NCBI GenBank assembly: GCA_028534125.1
Contig: CM052817.1
Location: 73,534,001-73,598,000, forward strand
Origin: Lama glama
Taxonomy: Eukaryota
Direction of reading: 5' to 3'
Length of the DNA stretch: 64,000 bases
In this document: one piece after another, positions 1 through 12,400 of the stretch
Numbering within the stretch: the stretch's first letter is position 1
How the letters are laid out: each line of letters starts with the position of its first letter
Made by a program: the position numbers and the translations under genes
The notes under the pieces: model-generated
The model's input: only the letters and a program-made list of their open reading frames with translations
The model's database searches: none
Told to the model about the DNA's origin: nothing

Positions 1-105
1 TACTTATAAAATAAAATTAAGAAAACAATTTTCTCCATCAATTTCTTACATACTGTCTCTTTTCGGGGAGGGGAGCTTTTTAAAGTAATGGTAAAGTATT
101 AGCAA

Positions 106-577
106 TGTCGACTGAAATAAATGAGCAGCCTAAAAGTTGAGAGTTGTTTTATTTGGCGGGAGGACTCGAGCCGGGATGACAGCCCCTCAGATCGCTCTGA
201 GGAAGTGCTCTGAAGAGGTAGGGGAGGAGCTAGGATATATAGGAGCTTTACGACAAAGACCAGGTAGTTGGAACATTAAAAGTTTACTCGTTATCTAAAG
301 AAAACCAGGCATCTCAAGTTAAAGAATTTAGTGCTTTTCTACGTATGGGAGGAAGCAAACATTTGGGCTCATTGAATTCATTCCTTTGACAAGCATCTAG
401 CTGTTTAGGGCCAGTATCCTGTCCTTTCTTATTCTGAGTCCCCTCACAGTGCACCCTTGTGAGTGGCTGCAGAGGCTGGGCTGCAGGCCTGTCCTCACTG
501 GGGGGTGGCGGCAGCTGCTGATGACTTGGTTTCAGCATTCTTTGTTTACTGATATGGTTGCAATATTTTCGTTCACA
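106..577 (-). mobile_element. Solo LTR, ERV1 class (possibly MER41-like)
   Basis: TG...CA termini with a perfect 4-bp TSD GCAA (102-105, 578-581). On the minus strand there is an AATAAA (plus TTTATT at ~148) and a TATA-like box (~236). Length 472 bp. Confidence 0.85.
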
Positions 578-2544
578 GCAACAAGACAAATTGCTAACTT
601 GAACACAATTTTACTTGCTCAACATATAAATAATTAACCTTGGTAACCATCTTTGCAGCTTTTAATCTTTCTTTTCTTTCTCTAGATTTCTGTGGGCAGG
701 GGGATGGCAGAGTCTAAGTCTCATAATAAACCTGTAACTCTGAGATCAGATTTAAGCTTAAAGAGGGGGTTTATCAGGTGGCTAATTCTTCTTATCCTGC
801 ATCATAGATGCTGATGCCTCAGATGTAAAGCTTGAAAGGAAAGTGTATTCTCTGTGAGAATGCTCTCATAATAAACTGAAAATTTCTCTCTTTCTCTCCC
901 CTCCCCTCTTTCCCTTCCCCTTTCCCTCCGTTTCTCCCTTCCTGCCACTTGCAAATGTAAGCAGCCTCAATTAACAATTAACTATAATGACTGAACAACT
1001 GCTGGGAAAAACATTAGAGATATTGGGAGAATCAGAATCTGTTTTTCTTCTCCTTTCTGTTTATTGTCACTTGTGGCCCTGTGCCATGGTGGGAGCAGCC
1101 CTTGACTAGAAGTTCTATAATCTGGATTCCAGTGTTGGTTTTGATTTCTGTAGGAGTCTGTCTTCTCATTTTTGCAATAGTGGCATTAGGCATCTAAAGA
1201 CCCTTTCAGCTCTGAACTCCTCCAGTTTTATTGTCTATCAAAGATCTCTCTCTGTATAAGCTAATGTCAGGATTAATGGATTAATGAAGTCTCATATAAA
1301 TAATAGTAAAATCTAACCTATAATTTTTTTTTACTTTCTCCTCTACCTTGTTTCACTATAAACATTTGGGAGGTGGAGTAGGAGTGATGGAAAGAGAAGA
1401 TTACTCTGAGGAAATATAATTTAATTTGTTTCCTGGCATTTTGGGGGTAACAATTTTTAATTGGGAAGGCAGAGTTGATATTCAGTAATAAGCTCTATGT
1501 ATTCAAACCTAATTTGTACATCAGATGTAATTTAGATGACTTCAGACTATTTATACGAAATGGGAATGGGTTTTGGGAGCCCTTCTTTAGAGAAGCCTGA
1601 GCTATAGTTTGCAGAATTTTCAGTCCATTGAAGTAATACTTATATTTAGCAAGGACTAGAGAACACATGTATAAGGTCATCTACATTGGACATCAGCCAT
1701 TAAGGCCCCTCCCCTTTCTGGACAAGCCTTTCACTTATTGTTCTGGGGGGGGGTTCAGGCTTGGTCTGCATTTCTTTGTTATGGTCTATTCCTAATTGAC
1801 AAGAAATGATATACTGTATTAGCTGCTCTGTCTATTTGTCTACCATGATCTCACTGACAGACAAGTATTTTCATTTTCAGTTAATAATAAACTGAGTAAA
1901 AGACTTTTCCAGTTGTCAGACCTGCCAAATATAGTATTTTCTTTAATGTGGGTAAGTACAATCATCCATTAATTTGGAATTTTTCAAAAATGCAAACATA
2001 TTATCTCTTTGTGATAGGATAATGGGAAATTATTATGAAAACACTGAATGAATGCTACAGTGCATAAAAGGTATCTTCAACTGTAAGAGCCTAGGGCCAT
2101 ATAACCCTAATTTTCTCTTTTATGTCCACCTCCTCCCTCATTGTTGATGACCTCCGAATAGGTAGATCCCTGAGGTTTGATGAGCAGAGTAGTTGCTTGC
2201 ATATGGCAGTTGGAAAGTGATTCCAAGGTTAAGGCTTAACATAGAAAAAGGAATGAAAATACAAAGCAAACCAAGCTGAGGTACATAGTATAGAATAAAC
2301 ATATGGCTTGTAGAGAACATTAGAGGGAAAGAGAGGTAACACAGCCATCAGTGGACTGGTGGGGATGACACCTCACCTTTGAGGAATAGGATTTAGTGCA
2401 GGAAGCTCTCCTTCTCAGGGCTGATTACCTTTTAGGAAAAGGTAGCTTACTGAAAAAGGCAATGCTGTAGTGAAAGTGAGCATTCTCAGATCAAGAGTAT
2501 GATATCCAAGTGTTTTATACAAGTTATTACATAATATTCAACCA

Positions 2545-2905
2545 TGTACCAGTCAAAATGGGCTAGGTTATACTGAATAACAAGGACAAAACTTACTGAC
2601 TTAAAACCACAAAGATTTGTCTTTTTCTCATACCACATGCGCATCTTGGGTTGGTGGGGCCCCTGCTCCACATTGCCCTCATTCAAGGCACAGGCTGGCA
2701 GAGCTTTGACCGTCTGCGGTATTGCTGTCTACCATGGCACTGGGAAGCAGTAGGGTGAAATGGGTACTGATTATCAAAGGCTTTTCCTTGGAAGAGAGAA
2801 ATGTTACTTCTACTCATACTTCATTGGCCAGAGCGAATGCAGGAAAAGGGCAGTCCCACCTTGTTTCCAGAAGGAGGAGAACCAGAAATATTGGTGAATT
2901 ACACC
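2545..2905 (-). mobile_element. Old ERVL-MaLR LTR (MLT1-like)
   Basis: Starts tgtaccagtcaaaatgggctaggttat...gacttaaaaccacaaagattt, resembling the recalled reverse MLT1 consensus. Boundaries approximate. Confidence 0.6.
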
Positions 2906-3749
2906 AACCTCAACCAAAAGGAGCAACATTTATTTCCAATTACTTTTTAGAATCAAGATTTCAGAAAAATGGACATAGTGACTAATCACGAAAGTTATTT
3001 AATAAATCCCTGGATCTGGGTTCTCTCGTTCATTCTCTTTCTTTTGATTTTGCAAAAGGAATCCAATCTATTCAATGTAGTAGTCTGTGGGATTCTGGAA
3101 AGAGGCAATATTGGTCAGGTCTCAACACTCTTGGCATCCCACAACTGGGATGCCTACTAGATGCATTAGGATGTTCACTCTCTGTAAACCCACGACAGCC
3201 CCACATGTCACTTACACTGTCAAAAAACCCAAAAAACCAAAAAACCAAAAAACAGTTCTCCTCCAAACCAAGGAGGACTGGGTGATAGCTAATGATGGAG
3301 TCCACCAAATGCAGCAGTGCTAAGTGGAGATGGAGTGGGGAGCGTAACGGGCTGCTGTTTCTTATCGGTAACTGTATAGCCATCACTCGGAGAAGTATAT
3401 CTGAGAATGCTACCAGATACGGCAGTTTGAGGAGCCATTTAAGATTCAGCCATTCAGATTTAAGAAACGGAAGTTTTATTTTCTGAAAATATCTCTTAAT
3501 TGCAAATTATCACTAAGGCAAAATGTATTTCCTTTGAAAGGGGTAAAATAATTCAACATGAGTACAATAGCAGACACAGGAACCCACTCCCTCCCCCTAA
3601 GGATTCTGTTCAGCAGACTTCAGTTAGAGAAATACAAGGTTATATCCTTTGGTACTTACAATAAGTGATGGAGGTATTATAATGTCTGTTTTGTAGACGA
3701 GGCACCCAGGCTCTGGGAGATGAAGTAACGTTTCCTGAATAGCACAGAG

Positions 3750-4230
3750 CTTTGCGGGTCTGGCCTCGAAGTGCACGTGCTCACCCACACCTTCCCCTAG
3801 CTTGCCACACGCCTGGGCACGCGGGATACCTGACCCCTGGGGCCGTAGGTGGGTCAGGAAACAGCGACTGGGGGAGAGTTGGTGTGGCTCAATCAGTCGG
3901 ACTCGGAGGCGACTGACTGATTTCGGCACTCTGAAAGAGTCGTGCTCAGAATCTTACCAGAAAAAGAAGTATTTTTAAATTAGCGGTTTTCTGGGCTTTT
4001 GCCACAGAAGCCCAGCTATTGTTGTCTTTCCTGGGCCTGGGAGAGGAGCCGTGTCAGAGGCTGGAAGCCAGGAGTATCCCAGAAGATGAAGACCAGAACC
4101 CTTCCTGGAAAAGAGCCCTTGCCCGGCAGAGCTGGTCTGATGCTCGGATGTGGTGGGGCGGAGGGCGAGGGGGGGTGGCTTTTATGAGCCGGAGCGCTGG
4201 GGAAATGGACCTGCTGAGTGATAACGCCCT
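3750..4230. promoter_or_regulatory. GC/CpG-enriched patch, candidate enhancer or promoter
   Basis: Visible local excess of GC and CpG over the AT-rich background. CACGTG E-box at ~3774 and GGGGCGGAG GC-box at ~4155. Confidence 0.35.
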
Positions 4231-4574
4231 AAGTGCTGCTGAAGTCAGAACAGGGGTGTAAATAGCAGGGCCTGTGACGATTCTTGTAAGTTGAAGACCT
4301 CCTATAATTTGATTAAGGCACAGACAGCTAATGGACCTTTAAAGGAGTGCTTAAAGCAAATCAAACGAGGAAGATGGCACTTGGGGAGAATTAAACAGCA
4401 AATAGGGTGAAACTGTCAGTCAACCAGATGCAGCTGTCCATTATTCACCATTCCTAACTTAGAAATGGATTAGGTCTACATCATTTATTCACCACGAACA
4501 ACATCAGACCAACTAATTTGGGGATTTGGAACAGGGGGAAAAAATCTACTTTTTCTTAAAACTGACTACTAAAC

Positions 4575-4760
4575 AGTGCCAGGTACTATGCCAGACACAG
4601 ATTGTTGATTGACTCCTCAGGACAACCTTATGAAGTAGGTATTATGATTCCATTTTATGGGAAAGCAGACTGAAGCCTAAAGAGAGTAAGTAATTTCCCC
4701 CATGGGGATACGGCTGGAAGGTGGTGGTGCTAAATTTCAGATATCTGCTTTCTTCTGAAG
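4575..4760 (-). mobile_element. MIR SINE
   Basis: gtgccaggtactatgcc...acaaccttatgaagtaggtattatgattccatttt...actgaagcct matches the reverse MIR core. Confidence 0.7.
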
Positions 4761-6789
4761 TACACCTGCGTAGGTGGTTATTTTCCGTGGATCAGTTCTT
4801 TTAAGTTGAAGAATTTTATCTTTTTGAGTCTCACTTCACCCCTCATTTCTAGACTACCCTCCCCAGTTAGCACTGTTAAGAAACCGATGCAGAAACAGCA
4901 AAGCAGTGTTTCCTCTGGAATGATTCACTCTTCCAAATGGGTGCTGCTGGCTTGTTAAGTCCGTATTATCTTCCACATAATTTTGTATGCCCTTTGGGAG
5001 TAGGAGCCATAGCTAAACAGTTATTTAATCCCCATTATTATTCTTAGTGTGGTGCCCTTCAATTAATGCTTGATTTTATGAAGTGTAGTTATTTTATGGT
5101 TAGGCATTTTATGTAGCTCATTAACTGATGACATATGCCCAAAATTTTAATGAAAATCTTTGCTTTGGGATCTTGCTATCAAATAAGGTCCTTATAGTTT
5201 GTTCTGTGTTACACCAAAAAATGACTAGAATTATTTAACTATGCTATGATAAGCTTAAGATATGAACAAGGGAAGCATGCAGGCATCTGGAGCAAAGCCA
5301 CACGAAATGGGTACTGAAATCTGCACATTTGAAGGTTATAATTTTATTGTTTCCAGATGATGAGAAAGTATATATTTAGCATAGATGTTATACTGATAGA
5401 GTCAAAAATATTAATTCATAAAATGAAAAAAAGGGTATAATTTATAATAATTAGCAGAGAGCTTGTGGGAAGAAATGAAAAGCACACAGGGCAAAGCCTG
5501 TCAGGTAGACTTGGATTCACACCCAGGCTCTCTCACTAATAGCTGTGTCACCTACAGCAATTGAAATAATCATTTTGAAACTAAATTTTAAAGATTTCTT
5601 ACTTGGAGTTTGCAATTCTAGCTTGTAAGATTGTTCTGAGGACCAAACGTGTAAAAACCTAAGCAGACCCTCAGTAAACAGTAATTACTATTATCATAAA
5701 TGAAGCCCAGCACTCAGGACTATTTTAATAAGTTGGGGAACCTAATGAAGATGCCATGTTTTCTGTTTTTCTGGAGAACACATTGTGGCAAATAGGGGGA
5801 TCTGACGATATCTGCCAACCTCATGACGAGGTTTAAAATTTCTGGTCTTAGAACGTGCTCAGAAACACTCTCCCCTTGTTAACCCTGGTCACCCCTGGTT
5901 GACCCTGGTCATTGTATTACATGCATTTCCTAATGTCACAGGCAGACCCATGATGATCAATTTCCTCTTCACACTTTTCTGCCCAAATTAGAAATCAGAG
6001 TAGGGAAAGATGGGAAATGGAGATTTTTTGATGGGTAGGTTATGACACAGGATTAAATGTGTGCCATTTGCCTTGAGTAACTGGGCAATAACAATCAACA
6101 AGGCTGCTTGAGGGGCTGGCAGCTGCCTTTTGCCTAGTTACTAAAAATCAGCACCTTGGAGAAGTCATATACATATATGTGTAGATGTATACCCTATGTC
6201 TACTTTCTATGGTTCATTTTTGTGAAAATTATGAAAGTTTTTAACTGTTTGGATTAAATTTGAACATATTTGTTATTTGTGTTTGAGCAATTTTAAGTAA
6301 CAATAATTAGTCATTAAAACTGGCCCTGGTGAAGGGAGAGACAGACAGATCAATGTGCCAAGATGGAGTCCAGAAAGAAATCCAATTATATGATACATGT
6401 GTAACTGGCTTGATTCAATGAAAGGGTTGCACACAGGAAACAGCTTTAATTTTCTCTCAACATTTCATTCAAGCTCTGTCATCTCTCTTTCCTGGCCCTG
6501 GATAGCGTCTCAAGTCAACCGATAGTGTTTTGTTCACTTTCATGTGACCAAATGGTCTCATTTTCAGACCTTAAAAAGTCTAGTGTGTGTACATTGGTGC
6601 TGTCTCCTTTTAGCTCAGGTCTGACTTTTGGTTAAATTTGTAATCAGCGTGGGGTGAGGAGTATGGGCTGTTCTTTTACTCTTGTTGCCTCACATTCTCC
6701 TCACTTTTGGATCTTCTAGGGCTCTTTTAAGGTGCATGCCATACAAAAGTCTTTAATTTTTGCATACCTCAGTTGAGCATTCCTTTCCT

Positions 6790-7420
6790 TTAAATATGAC
6801 ACAAAAAGGAACAAAGGCTCAATATTTAATAGGCAACTCAATAAAGAAGAAATGCAGTTGATCAGAAAGCGTAACTATGATTACATGTTCAGTCTAACAA
6901 ATGACTTGCTGTTTGGTCTCCATTAAATATTCCCTTCCTTTCCTCACAAATTTTATAAGCTTGATTCCTTTTCCCTCAGGCCTTCACTCTAATGCCCCTC
7001 AACTCAGTAACCTTCTGTGTCACTGCTTACCTGTCTGCCTCTGTTTGTATAGAAGCTTTTTAAGAAAATTATTTGACAAGTGCACAAAGATATATGCACA
7101 TGGTTGTTTATCAAAAATACTATATGTGATAGAGAAAGTTATTAGCAAGTGAAATGTTCATTAATAAATAGAAAATTGATATGTTGTGGTACATCCAAGC
7201 GACCAAATACTCTGCTGTCACTAAAAATAGATCTGTATTTCTTGAGAGAGAAAAAATGTTTGATACTGTAGGGGAAAAAATAAAATTATAAATAAGTATG
7301 TGTAATATGACCTACAAGGATATTTACCAAAATATTGATAGCACTTAATTCTTTAGTCATTTTATGGGTCATTTTACTTAATTTAAATGGCCTAATTCAT
7401 TTTTTGAATTTTTTATACTG
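6790..7420 (+). mobile_element. Degraded L1 (L1ME-like) 3' region
   Basis: aggcaactcaataaagaagaaatgcag and gtgcacaaagatatatgcacatgg-type L1 3' motifs. Boundaries approximate. Confidence 0.5.
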
Positions 7421-7580
7421 AACATGGGTTATTTTGATAACTAGCTAGTACAGATTTAAATTAGTCATAATTTTCTTTTCCAATATTATTTAATGAATCA
7501 AATGAGAAGAAAACAAATGAAGTAATTTCTTTGTAAATTCCTTTTTCCTTCGTTTTCCTGAGATTTTCTTAATTCTTTTA

Positions 7581-7594
7581 CTGCCACCTAGTGG
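7581..7594 (-). promoter_or_regulatory. CTCF core motif
   Basis: CTGCCACCTAGTGG (reverse CCACTAGGTGGCAG) matches the canonical CTCF core. Confidence 0.55.
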
Positions 7595-7687
7595 ATGAGG
7601 AATTGTTTGCTTTTTTACTGTTTGAGAGTACAGCTTGTTTTTTCCCCTCAAAGATAGCTCCTTCTATTAAAGAGTTTAAAAAATCAC

Positions 7688-9215
7688 CAGTGGTGTACTG
7701 GTAAATGTCTAACAACCAGCTCTCCAAAAAACTGTATCTATCTATAAATTTTTAACAAATTTTACTCACATAAAAGATGCACACAATGTATGTAAAGGTA
7801 GCACACAATTTACAAGTAATAATAAAATAGGAAGTACTTTTTAAAGCTATATATCTAATTAATTATGACAAAATACTTCAATTGATTTTTGCTGAGCTCA
7901 CATGTCTGTAGCTAACCAATGGCTGCAGTTGAACCATGATTATTTCTTAACTGAAATATAGTTGATTTACAATATTGTGTTAGGTTCAGATGTACAACAA
8001 AATGATTTCATTTTATATATTATATTTTCAGATTATTTTCCCTTATAGGTTATTACAAGCTGTTGAATATAGTTTCTTCTGCTATACAGTAAATCACTGT
8101 TGCTTATCTATTTATATATAGTAGTTTGTACGTGTTAATCTCATACTCCTAATTTATTCCTCCCCACCTCTCTTCCCTCTCTGGTAACCATACATTTGTT
8201 TTCAATGTCTGTGAGTCTCTTTCTATTTTGTATATAGATTCATTTGTATTAGTTTTTAGACTTCACATACAAGTGATATCATATAGTATTTGTCTTTCTC
8301 TCACTTACTGCACTAAGTACAATATTCTCTAGGTCCATGCATTACTGCAATTGGCATTATGTCATTCTTTTTTATGGCTGAGTAATATTCCACTGTATAT
8401 ATATCACATCTTCTTAAGCCAGTTGTCTGTTATTGGGCACTTGGGTTGTTTCCATGTCTTAGCTATTGTAAATAATGCTGCTGTGAACATTGGAGTGTAT
8501 GTATCTTTTCCAGATACATACCCAGGAGTGGGATTGCTGAATCATATGGTAGTTCAATTTTTAGTTTTTTAAGGCACCTCCATACTATTCTCCATAGTAG
8601 CTGTACCAATTTACATTCTCACCAGCTATGTAGGAGGGTTTCTTTTTCTCTGCACCCTTGCCAGCATTTATTATTTGGAGGCTTTTTGATGATAGCCATT
8701 CTAAATGGTGGGAAGTTCAACTTCATTGTGAGTTCAACCATGATTTGACATGTAAGAGTTGTATCCCAGTCCACTAACTCTTTTCCCAATTATGTATGAT
8801 CTACTGTATAACTATTTCTCACTCTTGTACAAATTATATTCATTCAATTCAAAACTCAGTCTTAGCGTTATATCAAGCCCTTATGGGTAGCACTTGTAAA
8901 TTTCCATTGTGTAAATATTCCCACCATGGTCAATCTCAGTCTACCAATGTGACATCACTGAACATGGATTTGGGAAATGATGCATAATAGCATACCATTA
9001 TATAATATTTTCACTATACAGATATGATAGGCATTGGTAATAGTAAAATGTAGTAAACATAGTAAAATAAACATGAAGTGATGAGTTTGAGGTGTACATT
9101 TATCTTACTTTTAATATAATGTATTTAATTGTAAATTTGTTAATAACTGGCTTGCAGAATTCTTGAAAATTTAACACTTGGCTCTCGCAAGCTTGTGTGA
9201 GCCAGTGCACCACTG
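7688..9215. mobile_element. hAT DNA transposon fossil (MER63-like) interrupted by an L1
   Basis: 14-bp TIRs CAGTGGTGTACTGG (7688) and CCAGTGCACCACTG (ends 9215), 1 mismatch. The following gtaaatgtctaacaaccagctctc is typical of MER63. Confidence 0.75.
7942..8730 (-). mobile_element. 5'-truncated L1 3' end nested in MER63-like element
   Basis: Reverse L1 3'UTR (tagttgatttacaatattgtgt...ggttgtttccatgtcttagctattgtaaataatgctgc). 15-bp TSD agttgaaccatgatt / agttcaaccatgatt (7927-7941, 8731-8745). Confidence 0.9.
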
Positions 9216-9354
9216 AATGTTGCTGTTATCTTTGCTTTCTGAGTTATCTTTATTGTTCTAGGAAAACTGTAGAACCATGAAAGAGAACCATTCTTTGTGT
9301 TTCTAATCTGTATTTGTGCAGCATATTATGGCATGTTATATTGTTATCTACCTC

Positions 9355-9427
9355 TAGTACATGTTAAGGAAGAGTAATTGCTTCCTTAACATGCACTAAT
9401 TAGGGAGCTTACTCTTCCTTAACATGT
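9355..9427. repeat. Nested inverted repeats
   Basis: 9359-9377 is the perfect reverse complement of 9409-9427 (19 bp). 9355-9372 pairs with 9381-9398 (17/18). Confidence 0.9.
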
Positions 9428-12400
9428 GTGTTTTAAGCCCTTGAGCTTCTTGTTTAAAAAAAAAGGAAGAAAGCATAAAAGAGATATACAAAGTTCTCAA
9501 TTATCAAGTGAAATTATTACCATACAGATACAATTATCTGAACTAAAATATCTCGTGGGGATGCTTTTGTAATGTAGTCCTTTTACTTTTTAAATTGTTT
9601 GTTGATGTTGTCTCATTTGACCTTCTTAACAACCCTGTTTAGGGGGATATTATTACTCTCATTTTGCAGGTTAGGAAATGGAGATACAGTGAGATTAAGT
9701 GACTTGACCAAGGTCAAAAGAGATTAGGAGAGATATAATAATAAATATTACAGAGCAGCAACAGTCACTATAGGAAACTTTGGCTGACCGCTGGGGATGT
9801 ATTAAGCATTATTCTAGACACACTGCAGGTAGTGTTTCATTTAATCCATTCAACAACCTTATAAATCTCCATTTTTCAAGTAAGGAAACTAGACCAGAGA
9901 GGTAGAGCAATTTGCCCAAGATTATAAAAGAACTGGGGAACATGGGATTCACAGCCGGCCCTTGAGTCTAACTTCAAGAGGTGCTATAATCTCCCGCCCC
10001 CCATTTCTAATCTGTACTCTGCATATGCAGATAAAGAACTAGAAATGCAGTTTAGTGTTCTACCCACTCCTCAGGCAGGTATAGCTTATTATAGCTTGAA
10101 TATTGCAAAAATAGTTCCAGGAAAATATCATTAAATACTACCTTTCTCCTTAAACAGGATTGTTTTTCCTTTTTATTTTTTAAAATTTCTATTATTTTAA
10201 GAGGCTGTGGGAGATTTTTTAGCATCTTCCCTATAAGTAAGTAAAGAAATTATGATGAATAGCTTTAAAAATTTTTTCCAAATATGGATTAAAACTATTT
10301 CTAAAACAAAGATACTATTCTGATTTCTGTTTTTCTGGTTTTAACTGTGTCTATACTTTTTTTCTCCTTTTCCTTGCTCTGAGACTTTCGATCTGCTCTG
10401 CTCACCCTTGACTTCACCTGAGAGTCTTCTCATCCAAGATTTAATGTGTGGAGTAATTTCTCTTCTTTTAACATTTTAATACTCAGCAGAAAAATGCACC
10501 ATAGCTTTTCTTTATAATAAATGAAAACTAATTTCTTACAGCACATATACTCTATCATATCACATCTTTTTGGGGTCTTGTTTGTTGATTCTGGTTGCAT
10601 GTGAGTTTCTCTCTGCTAACTTGTTAAACTTAATATTCTGTTTTGGGGATTGCATATTTTTAAACAATTAGTCACTCAGTAGTACAGTTTCATTGTTCTC
10701 AGCTACATATGTTCCTATTTTGCATCATTCTAGAAAGAAGTAAAGTGCAGAATTCAAGTATTTGATTCTATGTGAAACTCAAGGACCAGAGTTCTTTTCT
10801 GATGTTCCAAGGAGGGAGTTGTTCACAATGAGGGCCACCCTGCCTGTTATCCCCCAAGCCTCCTCACATGGAAGTGGTGAGAATCCCATTAGTTTGCTGA
10901 GAAGATTACATATGTTTAGTTCGCATTAATTTAGGAGCTTTGACATTAGTATTTCTCATATGGGACCCTTTCTGATAGATACTAATTTCCTATTAAGGAA
11001 ATTGAGCTTTTGGCATTCTCTAGAGGTCTAATCCCTGGCTCTCTACTCTGCTAGAAGGTAGTTCTTTTGCTTGATTGGCGCAAACGCCTGCCCCTTGAAT
11101 TTTGATAAGGATTATTACTGAGGGTTTGATGGTCTGACATTAAGCATTTCATACATTGTGAAAATAAATAGGAACTAGCCACAGAGATCTTACCTACCTT
11201 GTTCAAATACCCTAATAGTTCAGATTTCTGTTAGGTGGTTAAAATTACACAAACAGATATTTTCTTCTTTCATATAAATGTAACCTCTTTGTCCGCCCTG
11301 ACTCAGAGCCTAGAGAACAGGATAGGTTGGCACTTTATAGACTAAGAAAAATGCAGCAATTTCTGTCCATATTTTAAACACAAACAGGATTTCATTACTT
11401 AATTACTATTGCCATGTGAGTAATTTGGTTCCTTTTTATGGAATTACATTTGCCACTTATTTATACCTTTTTCCCTCCCATTTCTTTCCCTTCTTCCTTC
11501 CTTCCTTCCTTCCTCCCTCCCTCCTCTTTCCATAAGTCAGTTCACTAATATATCAGCCCTGAAAAAGCATAGTATCCCTATAGAGTTAGAATGGCAAAAA
11601 AACACTTCCATTAACTTATTTCCTGAACCAAGGAAGAATATTATTTGAACTCCAGTTATGCCATTTACTGTCCATGAGAGTAATTAGATAAAGTATTTAA
11701 ATGGAAGGGATGATGCACCAGGAGCCCAGATGGCTCATATCTAATACATGATTCAGATGTTAGCATACTACTAAGAGCGCCAAATCGTTGCACAGGTGGT
11801 GGCTTTGCGGCTTCATTTAGTAGAAAATAGTACTCACTCCCTAGACCAGTAATTCCTGGTTTTCAAACTCCATTGATGGTTTGATAGATTTAATTTTATT
11901 TGACCATTAACTGATATTTACTTCAAACAAAAAGAAGAGCAAAATATAAATATAATCCAGAAGACAACATCTTCTTAAACTAGAAAGATGCTAGTTTTAG
12001 AAGTGAAAAAGTTCAGAGAATAAAACAAATCTGCTTTTTGTATGTAAATACAAATTCTATGTAGATATAGTATTATAAATAGAGCTTGTCTGCTGGTATG
12101 ATTATAAGATGGGGTAATATTTTTTTAAAATAATTTGGGAATATATACTAAAAACATGAAAATGTACATAAGCAAGAAGTCAACTTCTATGAATCAGTCC
12201 TAAAGAAATAATCCTAAATATATTTTAAAAAAAACCCAAAACCCTGCATGGCCAAATATGTTTATAATTGTGAAGAATGTAAATCTTTGGCAAGAGGTAT
12301 AATTATGCTAACCATGCTCACATTACAGTTATATTAACAAAAACAAGGTAATAAAATGAATTTTATGACGATGTAAATAGAAAAGAAGATATAAATCTTT

